The notes under the pieces: model-generated
The model's database searches: none
Seen by the model: only the letters and a program-made list of their open reading frames with translations
What the model was told of the DNA's origin: nothing
DNA from: an uncultured Collinsella sp.
GTDB taxonomy: Bacteria > Actinomycetota > Coriobacteriia > Coriobacteriales > Coriobacteriaceae
NCBI GenBank assembly: GCA_900761995.1
Contig: CAAFEY010000184.1
Coordinates: 458 to 64,457, forward strand
DNA length: 64,000 nucleotides
Reading direction: 5' to 3'
Position numbers and translations under genes: made by a program
Part shown: piece by piece, positions 9,754 through 19,097 of the stretch
How the letters are laid out: the number at the start of each line of letters is the position of its first letter
Position numbering within the stretch: position 1 is the stretch's first letter

Positions 9754-9863
9754 CGGAAAGCGCGTCCCGGAATCTGACGTTGGAATGAGATGTAGTTTCC
9801 GGTTGAGGGTCTGTTGGGAAAGTGCGTCCCACTTTGGGGGCTGATTCTGGGATGCGGTTTCCG
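9754..9863. repeat. Tandem palindromic units (16-bp arms, about 62-bp period), family D left cluster
   Basis: Arms at 9754-9769/9786-9801 and 9816-9831/9848-9863, consensus GGAAAnTGCGTCCCA...TGGGATGCnnTTTCCG. Confidence 0.75.
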
Positions 9864-9886
9864 GTTGCCGAGTCTTTGCTCGATAG

Positions 9887-9925
9887 AAAACCCGGGTAGC
9901 CTGGTGGTTGGCTACCCGGGTTTTT
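9887..9925. terminator. Bidirectional intrinsic terminator
   Basis: AAAACCCGGGTAGCC...GGCTACCCGGGTTTTT between convergent genes. Confidence 0.8.
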
Positions 9926-9951
9926 GGTTTGCCGTTGCCCCCTGCTGATGG

Positions 9952-12900
9952 CTAGTGGTTCTTGCGGCGTTTAGCCAACATGACGAGGGCTATTGCCACT
10001 AGGATGATGCCTGCTGCTGCAGCGGTGGCGACCAGGGCGAATGTTTGATCGCCGGTGTTTGCGAGGTTCTTGGCCGTGGTCGTAGTCTTGGTCTTGGTGT
10101 CGGTCTTAGCTCCGTTGTCGGACTTGGGCTTGTCCGGGTTCGTCGGGGTCTCAGGAGTCTCGGGGTCCTTTGAGCCTTCGGAATCGGTTGGGCCGGCGGT
10201 GTTTACCAGCGTATGGTCCAGGAACTTCTTGGCGCCTGCACTTGCCTGTGAGAACAGGCGGCGCGTGCGGATCGGGGTGGCGTTCACCGTTGTGGGCGCC
10301 GTCTCCTCGGCCTCGATATTCACGAGCGTCGTGCCGGTGTCGAGGCCCACGTCGTTGTATCCCACGTGGCAGTAATACTGCGCACCGTCATCGTCTGCGG
10401 TCAGGTCAATCTCGAGCTTTGAGGCCGTTCCAGCCGCGAGGTTGCCATCGGCACCCACGAGCTTAAACTCTGTCTCGCCGCGGCCCTTGCGGTACCACAT
10501 ATAGGTCGGTGCCAGCCCTGTTTCGCTATCGTCGGCACCGAGTTGCTTCACATGGCCAATCGCCGAGAGCGTCAGGTGGCTTCCCGCCGTGCGCTCAACC
10601 GAAGAGTCGTATCCAAGATCCGACCCCTCCGCAGCATCCGCCGCAGGTCCGCTCACGGTCATCGTCATGCCATCGGGCATGGTCTTGACCGTGATGATTG
10701 CCGAGCGAATACCTGTTTCGGTCGTGGATCCATTCTTAACGGCGGCGATGGCGAATCGATACTCCGTATTGGGCTGCAGCCCATCCCACTTGAGCGAGGT
10801 CTGCGTGTTGTCGGCAATCTTCCAGCTATTGACGACCGCATCCGCCGCATTGCTCTGCAGCATGCCCACGCCGTAGCTAAAGCCACTCTTGTTTGCGAGT
10901 ACATCGTCCCAGCTAAACGTAACGCTGGTCGAATCGACGGCGTTTGCCGTAAAGCCCGTCACGGCCGGCGCGTCGGGCATCTCGACGTCCTTAACGTCAT
11001 AGCCCACGATCCAGAACTGGTCGGTGTCCTTGGTGCCGAGCTTGTCGCCCGAGTCTGCCTCGAACTTGTCGACATCCACCGCGTTGACGCCCAGACGCCA
11101 CACAAAACCGTACTTGCCCTGCGCGGCCTCGGGCAGGTTGTCGACGGTGCCGCCGTATTCGGTCGATTCACTCGAGGAGTTACCCGTAGTAAAGCCGGCG
11201 TTGGCACCAAAGCACAGGCCGCCAAACAACTCGTGCTTTGCGAGCTTCGCGCCCATGACAACGCTGCCGTTCAGCGTCAAGCCGAGCTCGAGCTCCTGCT
11301 CCTTGCCCTCCTCGACTTCGATGGTCTGCTCAATGCTCGCCCCCGACTGCGCGGCGGCGCCGTTAAACCCATCGTGCGTGTAGGCGCGCGTTACGCCAGG
11401 CTTGCCCAGGCCAAAGGAATCCCCAACGGGAGTCTCGCCGTTGAGCGTCGTTTGATAGGTTCCGGGTTCTCCCGACCGGTTGGTCAAAAAGTAGCTGAGC
11501 GGCGTCATATTGTGCTGTTTGGCAATGCGGTCATAGGCCTCGACATTAACGACCGAGGTCTGCGCGCCGAGCGACACGGGCGCCGCCATCACGCCCTTGC
11601 CACCAGTTTCCTCATTTTCGATCTCATACTCGTAATAGACCATCGGAATCGTGTAGAGCACGGCCTTGTCACCCTCGCCGGCATGCGACTCATAGCTTAC
11701 GCTTGCGCTGACCGTGCGCTCGCTCCGGTAGTCATAGCATCCCTCGGCGGCAAAATCGACTGAAGCATTCATCGCGACCAGGGGCGGACCGGTCTGCACC
11801 TCGACGGCAACGCCCAACTCGGCGCCAATGGTATAGCCCTGGGATGTCCCCGTGCCCTTTTCCTCTCCGTATGACGTGCCGCCCAACACCAGATAGCCGT
11901 ATGCCTGCTCCAGATCCTCAACATAGGGCGCATCCTGCAGCACGGCAAGCACGCGCGGGTTGGTATAGACCTTGTAGCGGTCCTTGTACGTGATCTTGAC
12001 GCTGTCGTTGTCGACATCGGGCAGCGCGAGCGAGATAAATGTGCCGTAGGTAGTGCCGCGACGGTTGCTCTCGCTAATCACCTGCTCCTCGCCGCGGCGC
12101 ACCTTTCCGTTCTCGTCGAGCGAAAAATGCGAGGCGGTCATCCAATAGTAGTCATCGTTCTTGCGCAGGTCCTCGTCGCGGTGCTTGCCCACCACGGCGA
12201 TAAAGCTCTCGTTATAGCGGTCCGAACCCGAAACGCTGCCCGCCTTGACGTCGCTGATCCACACCTGCTCTATACCCTTGTGGTCATGCTTGTTGCTGCT
12301 GTTGTATTGCTGACCGCTCATGCTCATGGTTCCGACCATGGACCCCAAGCCCTGAGCCCCGCTCTGTGCCGTGCTGCAGGCAAAGTCGCGGAACACATCG
12401 CCGCCCACGAGCACCTCGTCGACCGCCAGCTGCTCGGACAGGCCGTCAAGGTTGGCAGTGGCAAGGGCAATAGGCGCCAAGGTGCACGGATAGCGCTTAT
12501 CCTGAGCGCTATCCTTCCATGCGCTGTTGGGCACATGCATCAGCCCATAGGAGGTGAGGAGCCCGTCTCTGTATTCCTTGCAATCGGAAAGCTTGAACTC
12601 GCCAGACTCCGAGTCAAAATACGCGTAGCGGTACAGCGCGCCGTACAGCCCCTTGCTGCCGTCAGAAGCGCCGTAATCAAAAGCGCTGCGTTGCCAGTCA
12701 TAGCCCGCAAGAATAAGGCCCGTGACGGTTTCACCCGTCTTCTTTCCTTCTTCATCGTAGGCGGCAAACGTGCCGAACGTCGCATTCGCAGCGACCATGG
12801 TCTTGCCATTCGCGGAGAGGGAGATTGCGCCCGCGTCGCCCAGAGCATCGACATGGACGAGCGCACCCTTGGATGCATCCCACGAAAACAGCTCGCAATG

Positions 12901-14076
12901 CGTCGACTTATCAATATTCTTCTTGCCGTAGGGTGCCGAGACCACGATGGCGAGGTCATCGCAAAAATCGCGATCGAGGTCGCCGGCCGCTAGCGAAACG
13001 ACAGGAGCTGACTGAAGCTGCGTCCAGGAGTCGTTCCCGCCCTTGTTGTGCGTGGTGTAGTCCGCGGCGTTACCGGCATCGATCTTGACGACGCTTTGCT
13101 TCCAGTTGCCGCCCTCCAAGTCATACATGTCGACTACAGCCTTGCGCACGCCGTTCTCGTCGACATAGCAGCCCGCGTAGACAAAAAGCTCGTCGACGCC
13201 GTCGCCATCGACATCGCCCGCCTCGACATCAAAGACGGCATCGTGCTCTTGCAGGTAACCGGCATCCAGGTACTTAAAACGGCCTTCGTACATCATATTA
13301 GTGTTGACCGTCACCGGCAGGTGTGTGTCGAGAGTGCGCGTGCGCCCGTTGCTAAACGAGTAGAGGACCAGCTCAACCTTTCCGGCGTATGACTTGCCGT
13401 CAATCGTCGTGGAGGAACTGTCGCCGTAGGCACGGAGCTCGGCAACGCGGCTCTTTTTGCCCGTGCTGGCGTCGCTGCAGAACTCAACACTCGTGGCATG
13501 AATGCCCGAGAAACCGTTGTTGTCGTTGGCGAGTACTGTTGAGGACTCATTGTTGCTTAGGTACGACCAGGTGCCGCCACCGTAGTCGCTATGCTTGTAG
13601 AGATCGCTGTTCGTATCGAAGTTGTTGACGTTTTGCCAGAACTTTGCGGCGCCCCACACACTTCCATAGCCATCGGTGAGTTTGCTGCTGCCGCCAATGT
13701 CACCGCGCTCGACGTTCTCGAGCTTGTCGCGCAGAGTGTAGCGATTGCCATGGCTACCGTTAGCTGCCATATAGACCTCGCTGCGCGTGGCAAACGTCGT
13801 GGGGGTATCAGTGGAATAGGGGCCAACGGTATCGGCCGGAATGTCCTCGCTCGTGCCCAGACCCAGGGCTTGATAATCCTGCTCGGTCATATCAGTGATT
13901 GCGGGCGCGTCTGCCGCCTGGGCAACCTGGGGCGTGGCCGTGAAGCAGGCGACGCTCGTGGCGATCAACGCAGCAAGCGCCGCCGTCCCAACAAGCGGGA
14001 TTTTCGACAGCCTACGGATACGGGGATGTGGAACGTACATGAGGGACCTCGCTTTACTCGAGTGGAGTGGACTCAT
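9952..14076 (-). CDS. Large sortase-anchored surface protein with FG-GAP-like motifs, an FN3 domain and an Ig-like domain
   Basis: Signal peptide ending VAQA; AGDVDGDGVDEL and AGDLDRDFCDDL motifs; FN3-like SVTFSW...GLQPNTEYRFAIAA; DDDGAQYYCHV; LANTG followed by a TM helix and KRRKNH. Start could be 14076 or 14040. Confidence 0.85.
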   Translation of the reverse strand: MSPLHSSKARSLMYVPHPRIRRLSKIPLVGTAALAALIATSVACFTATPQVAQAADAPAITDMTEQDYQALGLGTSEDIPADTVGPYSTDTPTTFATRSEVYMAANGSHGNRYTLRDKLENVERGDIGGSSKLTDGYGSVWGAAKFWQNVNNFDTNSDLYKHSDYGGGTWSYLSNNESSTVLANDNNGFSGIHATSVEFCSDASTGKKSRVAELRAYGDSSSTTIDGKSYAGKVELVLYSFSNGRTRTLDTHLPVTVNTNMMYEGRFKYLDAGYLQEHDAVFDVEAGDVDGDGVDELFVYAGCYVDENGVRKAVVDMYDLEGGNWKQSVVKIDAGNAADYTTHNKGGNDSWTQLQSAPVVSLAAGDLDRDFCDDLAIVVSAPYGKKNIDKSTHCELFSWDASKGALVHVDALGDAGAISLSANGKTMVAANATFGTFAAYDEEGKKTGETVTGLILAGYDWQRSAFDYGASDGSKGLYGALYRYAYFDSESGEFKLSDCKEYRDGLLTSYGLMHVPNSAWKDSAQDKRYPCTLAPIALATANLDGLSEQLAVDEVLVGGDVFRDFACSTAQSGAQGLGSMVGTMSMSGQQYNSSNKHDHKGIEQVWISDVKAGSVSGSDRYNESFIAVVGKHRDEDLRKNDDYYWMTASHFSLDENGKVRRGEEQVISESNRRGTTYGTFISLALPDVDNDSVKITYKDRYKVYTNPRVLAVLQDAPYVEDLEQAYGYLVLGGTSYGEEKGTGTSQGYTIGAELGVAVEVQTGPPLVAMNASVDFAAEGCYDYRSERTVSASVSYESHAGEGDKAVLYTIPMVYYEYEIENEETGGKGVMAAPVSLGAQTSVVNVEAYDRIAKQHNMTPLSYFLTNRSGEPGTYQTTLNGETPVGDSFGLGKPGVTRAYTHDGFNGAAAQSGASIEQTIEVEEGKEQELELGLTLNGSVVMGAKLAKHELFGGLCFGANAGFTTGNSSSESTEYGGTVDNLPEAAQGKYGFVWRLGVNAVDVDKFEADSGDKLGTKDTDQFWIVGYDVKDVEMPDAPAVTGFTANAVDSTSVTFSWDDVLANKSGFSYGVGMLQSNAADAVVNSWKIADNTQTSLKWDGLQPNTEYRFAIAAVKNGSTTETGIRSAIITVKTMPDGMTMTVSGPAADAAEGSDLGYDSSVERTAGSHLTLSAIGHVKQLGADDSETGLAPTYMWYRKGRGETEFKLVGADGNLAAGTASKLEIDLTADDDGAQYYCHVGYNDVGLDTGTTLVNIEAEETAPTTVNATPIRTRRLFSQASAGAKKFLDHTLVNTAGPTDSEGSKDPETPETPTNPDKPKSDNGAKTDTKTKTTTTAKNLANTGDQTFALVATAAAAGIILVAIALVMLAKRRKNH

Positions 14077-14109
14077 TTTTGCAAATGATACGTCCGATGC
14101 CCGATATCA

Positions 14110-14144
14110 CGTGTCTCATTTTCGCCAACGGCGTGTCTCATTTT
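14110..14144. promoter_or_regulatory. 13-bp direct repeat with 22-bp period upstream of the surface protein gene
   Basis: CGTGTCTCATTTT at 14110-14122 and 14132-14144. Confidence 0.55.
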
Positions 14145-14162
14145 TGAGAATCCGAGATGCCG

Positions 14163-14305
14163 CGGAAATCTTATCCCAGCTCAAAGGCCATTTCTGGGAT
14201 GTATTTTCCGTCGAGTGCCTCATCGGGAAACTGCATCCCATTTCAAGCGTGGCAAATTCCGGGACGCATTTTTCGAAAGCCTGCCCATCCGGAAAGCCCG
14301 TCCCA
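14163..14305. repeat. Tandem palindromic units, family D right cluster
   Basis: Arms at 14163-14178/14195-14210 and 14225-14240/14260-14275, plus a half unit at 14290-14305. Same consensus as 9754-9863. Confidence 0.75.
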
Positions 14306-14364
14306 CTTTGGACGCATCCGGGCACGGAACCATCGACCTATCAGGCCTCCCATCAATAAAGAGG

Positions 14365-14493
14365 CGTCCTCCCGGACGGCGGGGCACGAAGTTCATCGCG
14401 AGTTCCGCACGCAAAGAAGGCCACTTAATGTGGCCTTCGTCTTGCGCAGGACTGTAGAGCAGGGAACTTCGTGCCCCGACGCCCGGGAGGACG
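14365..14493 (-). repeat. Structured nested-hairpin element, family C copy 2 (inverted relative to copy 1)
   Basis: The minus strand reads GTTCCCTGCTCTACAGTCCTGC...GAAGGCCAC-ATTAA-GTGGCCTTC...CGTGCGGAACTCGCGATGAAC. Confidence 0.85.
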
Positions 14494-14535
14494 TTTCATT
14501 TAGAAAGATGGACCGACCGCCGCCAGCGATGGGAG

Positions 14536-15093
14536 CTACTCCCCCAGCACGGCCTTTTTGGCGGCTGCAGCCATGTTGTCCAGATCTTCCTTGGTGGGGT
14601 GATCCTTTGCGGCGACCCAGTTATCGAGCAGCATCTTAAAGCGGACATTGTCGGGATCTTGCTCGAGCATGGCCTCGTAGCGCTGCTTGACCGCGGGACC
14701 CATCTTGCCCTGGCACATTGCCCAACCCACAAGCTCGGCATCCTCGGCCAAATTGGAGGTCACGCGATTGATAATCTGCTGATAATAGCTCTGGTCGGCG
14801 CCAAAACCGCAGGTACCAAAGAGGAAAACGCGCTTGCCGTGCAGAGCGGAGAGCAGCGCGGCAACCGAAGGCGTGCACGCGCCCTTGTCGCACCAAAAAC
14901 CGACGAGCACCGTGTCGGCCGCGCAGGCGCCCTGCGCCTCGAGCGCAACCTGATCTGCATCCGCATCGTCACTCAACGCCGCGGCATGGACAAACTCAAC
15001 GCCCGCAGCCTGCAGAGCGCGCTTGATCGCGCCCGAAACCATCCTGGTATTACCGCTCTTGCTGTTAACCACCAAAGAGCACGTCATAGTCAC
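14536..15093 (-). CDS. Flavodoxin-like protein (BilS-like subfamily)
   Basis: SKSGNTR FMN loop, VGFWCDKG, VFLFGTCGFG, MCQGKM...RYE and HP..EDL. Confidence 0.75.
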   Translation of the reverse strand: MTMTCSLVVNSKSGNTRMVSGAIKRALQAAGVEFVHAAALSDDADADQVALEAQGACAADTVLVGFWCDKGACTPSVAALLSALHGKRVFLFGTCGFGADQSYYQQIINRVTSNLAEDAELVGWAMCQGKMGPAVKQRYEAMLEQDPDNVRFKMLLDNWVAAKDHPTKEDLDNMAAAAKKAVLGE

Positions 15094-15198
15094 GTTGCCT
15101 CGTTTCCCCCAAAACTAAAGCCACTAATGCAATTTATTAGATGAATATCTTAGTACTAACGACGCAGATGTAAACCATCTGCCGCCAATCGGTGGCCC

Positions 15199-17058
15199 CT
15201 ACTGGGCAAACTGGCTGCGGTAAAGATCGGCATAGAAGCCGTCTGCCGCTAGCAGCTCGTCGTGCGTGCCGCGCTCGATAATCTGGCCGTCGCGCATCAC
15301 CAGAATGCAGTCGGCGTTGCGGATGGTGCTCAGGCGGTGCGCCACGACAAAGCTTGTGCGACCGGCCATGAGCTCGTCGAATGCCGCCTGCACCTGCAGC
15401 TCGGTACGTGTATCGATGCTCGACGTTGCCTCGTCCAGCAGCAGAATCGCCGGATCGGTGAGCATGACGCGCGCGATGCACAGCAGCTGTTTTTGACCCT
15501 GGCTAAACGTGCCGCCGTCCTCGCCGATCACCGTATCGTAGCCGCCTGGCAGCTGCACGATAAACTTGTGCGCGTGCGCGCGCTTGGCGGCCTCGACAAT
15601 CTGCTCGCGCGTGGCATCGGGGCAACCGTAGGCAATGTTCTGGGCCACCGTGCCCTCGAACAGCCAGGTGTCCTGCAGCACCATGCCAAAGGCGCGGCGC
15701 AGGCTCTCACGCGTGTAGTCGCGCGAGGAATGCCCGTCGACCACGATGCGCCCGGCATCGATGTCGTAAAAGCGCAGCAGCAGGTTGATGAGCGTCGTCT
15801 TACCGCAGCCCGTGGGGCCAACGAGGGCAAACCGCATACCGGGCTTGGCGTCGATGCAGATGTCCTGCAGCAGCTTGCGGTCGGGCACGTAGCTAAAGTC
15901 CACATGCTCAAAGGCGACCTCACCCTGCGGGGCTGTGAGTTCAACGGCATCCGCGGCATCGGGCTCCTGCTCGCGTGCATCGAGCAGCGCAAACATGCGG
16001 CGCGCCGAGGCATAGGCCGTCTGGATCTGCGTGATGACGTTGGTGACCTCGTTGAACGGCTTGGTGTACTGGTTGGCGTAAGACAGGAAGATCTGCACAC
16101 CGCCCACCGTGAGCGCCGCGGGCACGCCCGTAATCACGCCAACGCAGCCGATCACGGCCACCACGGCATAGATGATGTTGTTGATAAAGCGCGTGCCGGG
16201 GTTAGAGAGCGAACCCATAAACTGCGCGCGCTCACCCGCGGTGTAGAGCTCGGCGTTGAGGGCGTCGAAACGCTGCTGCGCGTTCGGTCCATAGGCGAAG
16301 GCGTCCACGAGCTTTTGCTCACCCACATACTCCTCGATATGGCCGCCCAGCTGGCCCTGAATGCGCTGCTGCGCTGTAAAGCTCTTGTTGGAGAGCTTGG
16401 CGATGGCGCCCGCCGCAAAGATGGAAAGAGGTGTGACAAGCACCACCACGAGCGTCATGGTCAGGTTGATGGAGAGCATAAACGCGAGCGTGCCCACGAT
16501 AGTGATGACTCCAGTAAAGAGTTGCGTGAAGCCCTGCAGCAGGCCGTCGCCCACCTGGTCGACATCGTTGACCACACGGCTCATAAGGTCGCCGTGGGCA
16601 TGGCTGTCGATAAAGCTGAGCGGCATGCGGCTGAGCTTGTCGCTCGCCTCCACGCGCATGTCGCGCACCGTCTCGTAGGACAGGCGGTTAACACAGTAGC
16701 CCTGCAGCCACTGGAACGCCGCAGCGCCCATCACGACAATCGCGAGCTTGGTGACAAGCGGCAGCAGCGCATCGAAGTCCACCTGTCCGGCGGCAACGAT
16801 GAGATCGATGCCCTCGCCGACGAGGATGGGCGTATAGAGTTGCAGAATCACCGAGATGGCGGCACTCACAAACGACGCCGCAAACGAGATGCGGTGCGGA
16901 CGGACGTAGCCCATCAGGCGGCGAGTCACCGCGCCCACGGGGTAGCGCTCGGGGTCGCCGGGCTGGCGCGGGCCGTCACCCAGATCGTTGAGGTTATCGC
17001 TACCGGACACATTGGCCGTCATCGTGGCGACCGAACCGGAGGAAGTGTACGGATTCAT
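15199..17058 (-). CDS. ABC exporter, fused permease/ATPase (heterodimer subunit 2)
   Basis: TM domain, GPTGCGKT, FSQGQKQ and LLLDEATSS. Confidence 0.92.
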   Translation of the reverse strand: MNPYTSSGSVATMTANVSGSDNLNDLGDGPRQPGDPERYPVGAVTRRLMGYVRPHRISFAASFVSAAISVILQLYTPILVGEGIDLIVAAGQVDFDALLPLVTKLAIVVMGAAAFQWLQGYCVNRLSYETVRDMRVEASDKLSRMPLSFIDSHAHGDLMSRVVNDVDQVGDGLLQGFTQLFTGVITIVGTLAFMLSINLTMTLVVVLVTPLSIFAAGAIAKLSNKSFTAQQRIQGQLGGHIEEYVGEQKLVDAFAYGPNAQQRFDALNAELYTAGERAQFMGSLSNPGTRFINNIIYAVVAVIGCVGVITGVPAALTVGGVQIFLSYANQYTKPFNEVTNVITQIQTAYASARRMFALLDAREQEPDAADAVELTAPQGEVAFEHVDFSYVPDRKLLQDICIDAKPGMRFALVGPTGCGKTTLINLLLRFYDIDAGRIVVDGHSSRDYTRESLRRAFGMVLQDTWLFEGTVAQNIAYGCPDATREQIVEAAKRAHAHKFIVQLPGGYDTVIGEDGGTFSQGQKQLLCIARVMLTDPAILLLDEATSSIDTRTELQVQAAFDELMAGRTSFVVAHRLSTIRNADCILVMRDGQIIERGTHDELLAADGFYADLYRSQFAQ

Positions 17059-18921
17059 TTAGCAGCCCTCCTTTGCGCAGACGGATGCGGGGGCGGTCGG
17101 GGCACCTGGGGCGAGCGCGGGCGCTGTGCTCCCCCGCTGGCCCTCAAGCTCCTCGCGGCGCAGCTGCGACTGGCAAATCTCGCGATAGAGCTGACAGGTC
17201 GCATAGAGCTCGTCATGTGTGCCCAGGCCGGCAACCGAGCCGTGGTCGAGCACGCAGATCACGTCGGCATCGCGCACGGTCGAGACGCGCTGGCTCACAA
17301 TCACCGTGGTCAGCGGCAGCCCGCCCTTGGCGGCACCGCGCATGCTGCGCTCGCGAATGGCATGGCGAAGCGCCGCGTCGGTCTTAAAGTCGAGCGCCGA
17401 CGCGGAGTCATCCATGATCAATATCTGAGGCGAACCAACCAAGGCACGCGCGATAGTCAGGCGCTGACGCTGGCCACCACTAAAGTTCTTGCCGCCCGCC
17501 TCGACCGGGGCGTCTAAGCCCTGCGGCTTGTTGCGCACGAACTCGCTGGCCTGCGCCATGTCGAGTGCCGCCCAGAGCTCCTCGTCGGTCGCAGCTTCAT
17601 CGCGCCAGGTCAGGTTGCTGCGGATGGAGCCGCTCACCAGCGATGCGCGCTGCGGAACGGTCGCGACCACACGGCGCAGCTGGTCGAGCGGCCAGGTGCG
17701 CACGTCGGCGCCCATCACGCTCACGCTGCCGGTGCTCGCATCGTACAGGCGCGGGATGAGCGAGACGAGCGTGGACTTGCCGCTGCCCGTACCGCCAATA
17801 ATGCCGAGCGTCCTGCCCAGCGGCAGCTCCAGCGTCAGATCGGTTACGGCGTTGGCCGCACCCGCGCCAAAGGAGAAGCTCGCGTGGTTAAAGCTGAGCG
17901 CGATGACCTGGGCGGCGTTGTCCTCCGCGCTCACCCGGGGCAGCGCGACCGGCTTATTGCCCTCGTCCGTGATGCTCGGCACGCAATTGAGCACCTCGTT
18001 GATACGCGACGCGCTGGCGCTCGCTTTGGTAAAGACCACGACCAGGTTGGCAACGTAGACAATGGAGGTGAGGGTCTGCGTCATGTAGTTCACAAACGCC
18101 ATGACCTGGCCCTGCGTGAGCTCGCCCACGTTGACCTGGATGCCGCCCACCCACAGGATGGCGCACACGCCCAGGTTCATCACCAAAAACGTGACGGGGT
18201 TGAGAATCGACGAGAGCTTGCCGACCGCGATGGCGACATGCGCCTGGTCATCGGCCGCCTGGGCAAAGCGCTCGCGCTCGTGATCTTCGCGCACAAACGC
18301 GCGGACCACGCGGGCGCCCGAAAGCCCCTCGCGGCAGATAAGCGCGATGCGGTCGAGCTTTGCCTGCAGCTGCTTGTAGTACGGGATGCAGCGCGCCATG
18401 ACAAACCAAAACACCAGGCCGATGGCGGGCGTGCAAATCAAAAAGATAATGCCGAGTTTAAGGTCGATGGCGAGGGCCGCAACCATGGAGCCCACCGCCA
18501 GGAAAGGCCAGCGGATAAGCATGCGCACGCCCAGCGCCACAGCGAGCTGCACCTGATTAACGTCGTTGGTAATGCGCGTGATGAGCGACGGCGTGCCAAA
18601 GCGATCGAGCTCGGCATAGCTCAGCTTATTGATGTGCCCGTAGAGCGCGCCGCGAATATCGGTGCCCATGCCCTGTGAGGTGAGCGCCGCCATCTTTTGG
18701 CAAACGAGCGTAAACGAGATGCCGATCACGGCCATGGCGCCAAGCAGCATACCGTAGTGGACGACGGCGTTGACATCGTGCGCACCGATGCCCTTGTCGA
18801 TCATCTGGGCAATCACGAGCGGCGTCAGCAGATCAAAGATCACTTCGATCAGCTTACACGCAGGGCCAATCACCATATATCGGCGAAACTTACCGCCAAA
18901 ACGCCTGAGCAACTCAATCAT
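17059..18921 (-). CDS. ABC exporter, fused permease/ATPase (heterodimer subunit 1, degenerate site)
   Basis: GGTGSGKS, FSGGQRQR, ILIMDDSASALD and IVSQR. Start MIELLRRF. Confidence 0.92.
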   Translation of the reverse strand: MIELLRRFGGKFRRYMVIGPACKLIEVIFDLLTPLVIAQMIDKGIGAHDVNAVVHYGMLLGAMAVIGISFTLVCQKMAALTSQGMGTDIRGALYGHINKLSYAELDRFGTPSLITRITNDVNQVQLAVALGVRMLIRWPFLAVGSMVAALAIDLKLGIIFLICTPAIGLVFWFVMARCIPYYKQLQAKLDRIALICREGLSGARVVRAFVREDHERERFAQAADDQAHVAIAVGKLSSILNPVTFLVMNLGVCAILWVGGIQVNVGELTQGQVMAFVNYMTQTLTSIVYVANLVVVFTKASASASRINEVLNCVPSITDEGNKPVALPRVSAEDNAAQVIALSFNHASFSFGAGAANAVTDLTLELPLGRTLGIIGGTGSGKSTLVSLIPRLYDASTGSVSVMGADVRTWPLDQLRRVVATVPQRASLVSGSIRSNLTWRDEAATDEELWAALDMAQASEFVRNKPQGLDAPVEAGGKNFSGGQRQRLTIARALVGSPQILIMDDSASALDFKTDAALRHAIRERSMRGAAKGGLPLTTVIVSQRVSTVRDADVICVLDHGSVAGLGTHDELYATCQLYREICQSQLRREELEGQRGSTAPALAPGAPTAPASVCAKEGC

Positions 18922-19097
18922 AAAAAGGCGCTCCCTATCATCATCCACACTCAATTCGAACCATGATAGTACCGCCACCCCAAAAGACGAGTAAACAGCT
19001 CGTTATTTCTGGCGAGATTCAAGAGCAGGTAAACCGCCTGATATACTTACCTTAGTGCTACCAAGTGAGTCGCCAACCCTTGAAATGAGGTGCCGAG

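Noticed and set aside
9754..14305. Possible CRISPR array
   Set aside because: Units are degenerate, alternate in orientation, have only 14-19-bp spacers and 2-3 copies, and no cas genes are present.
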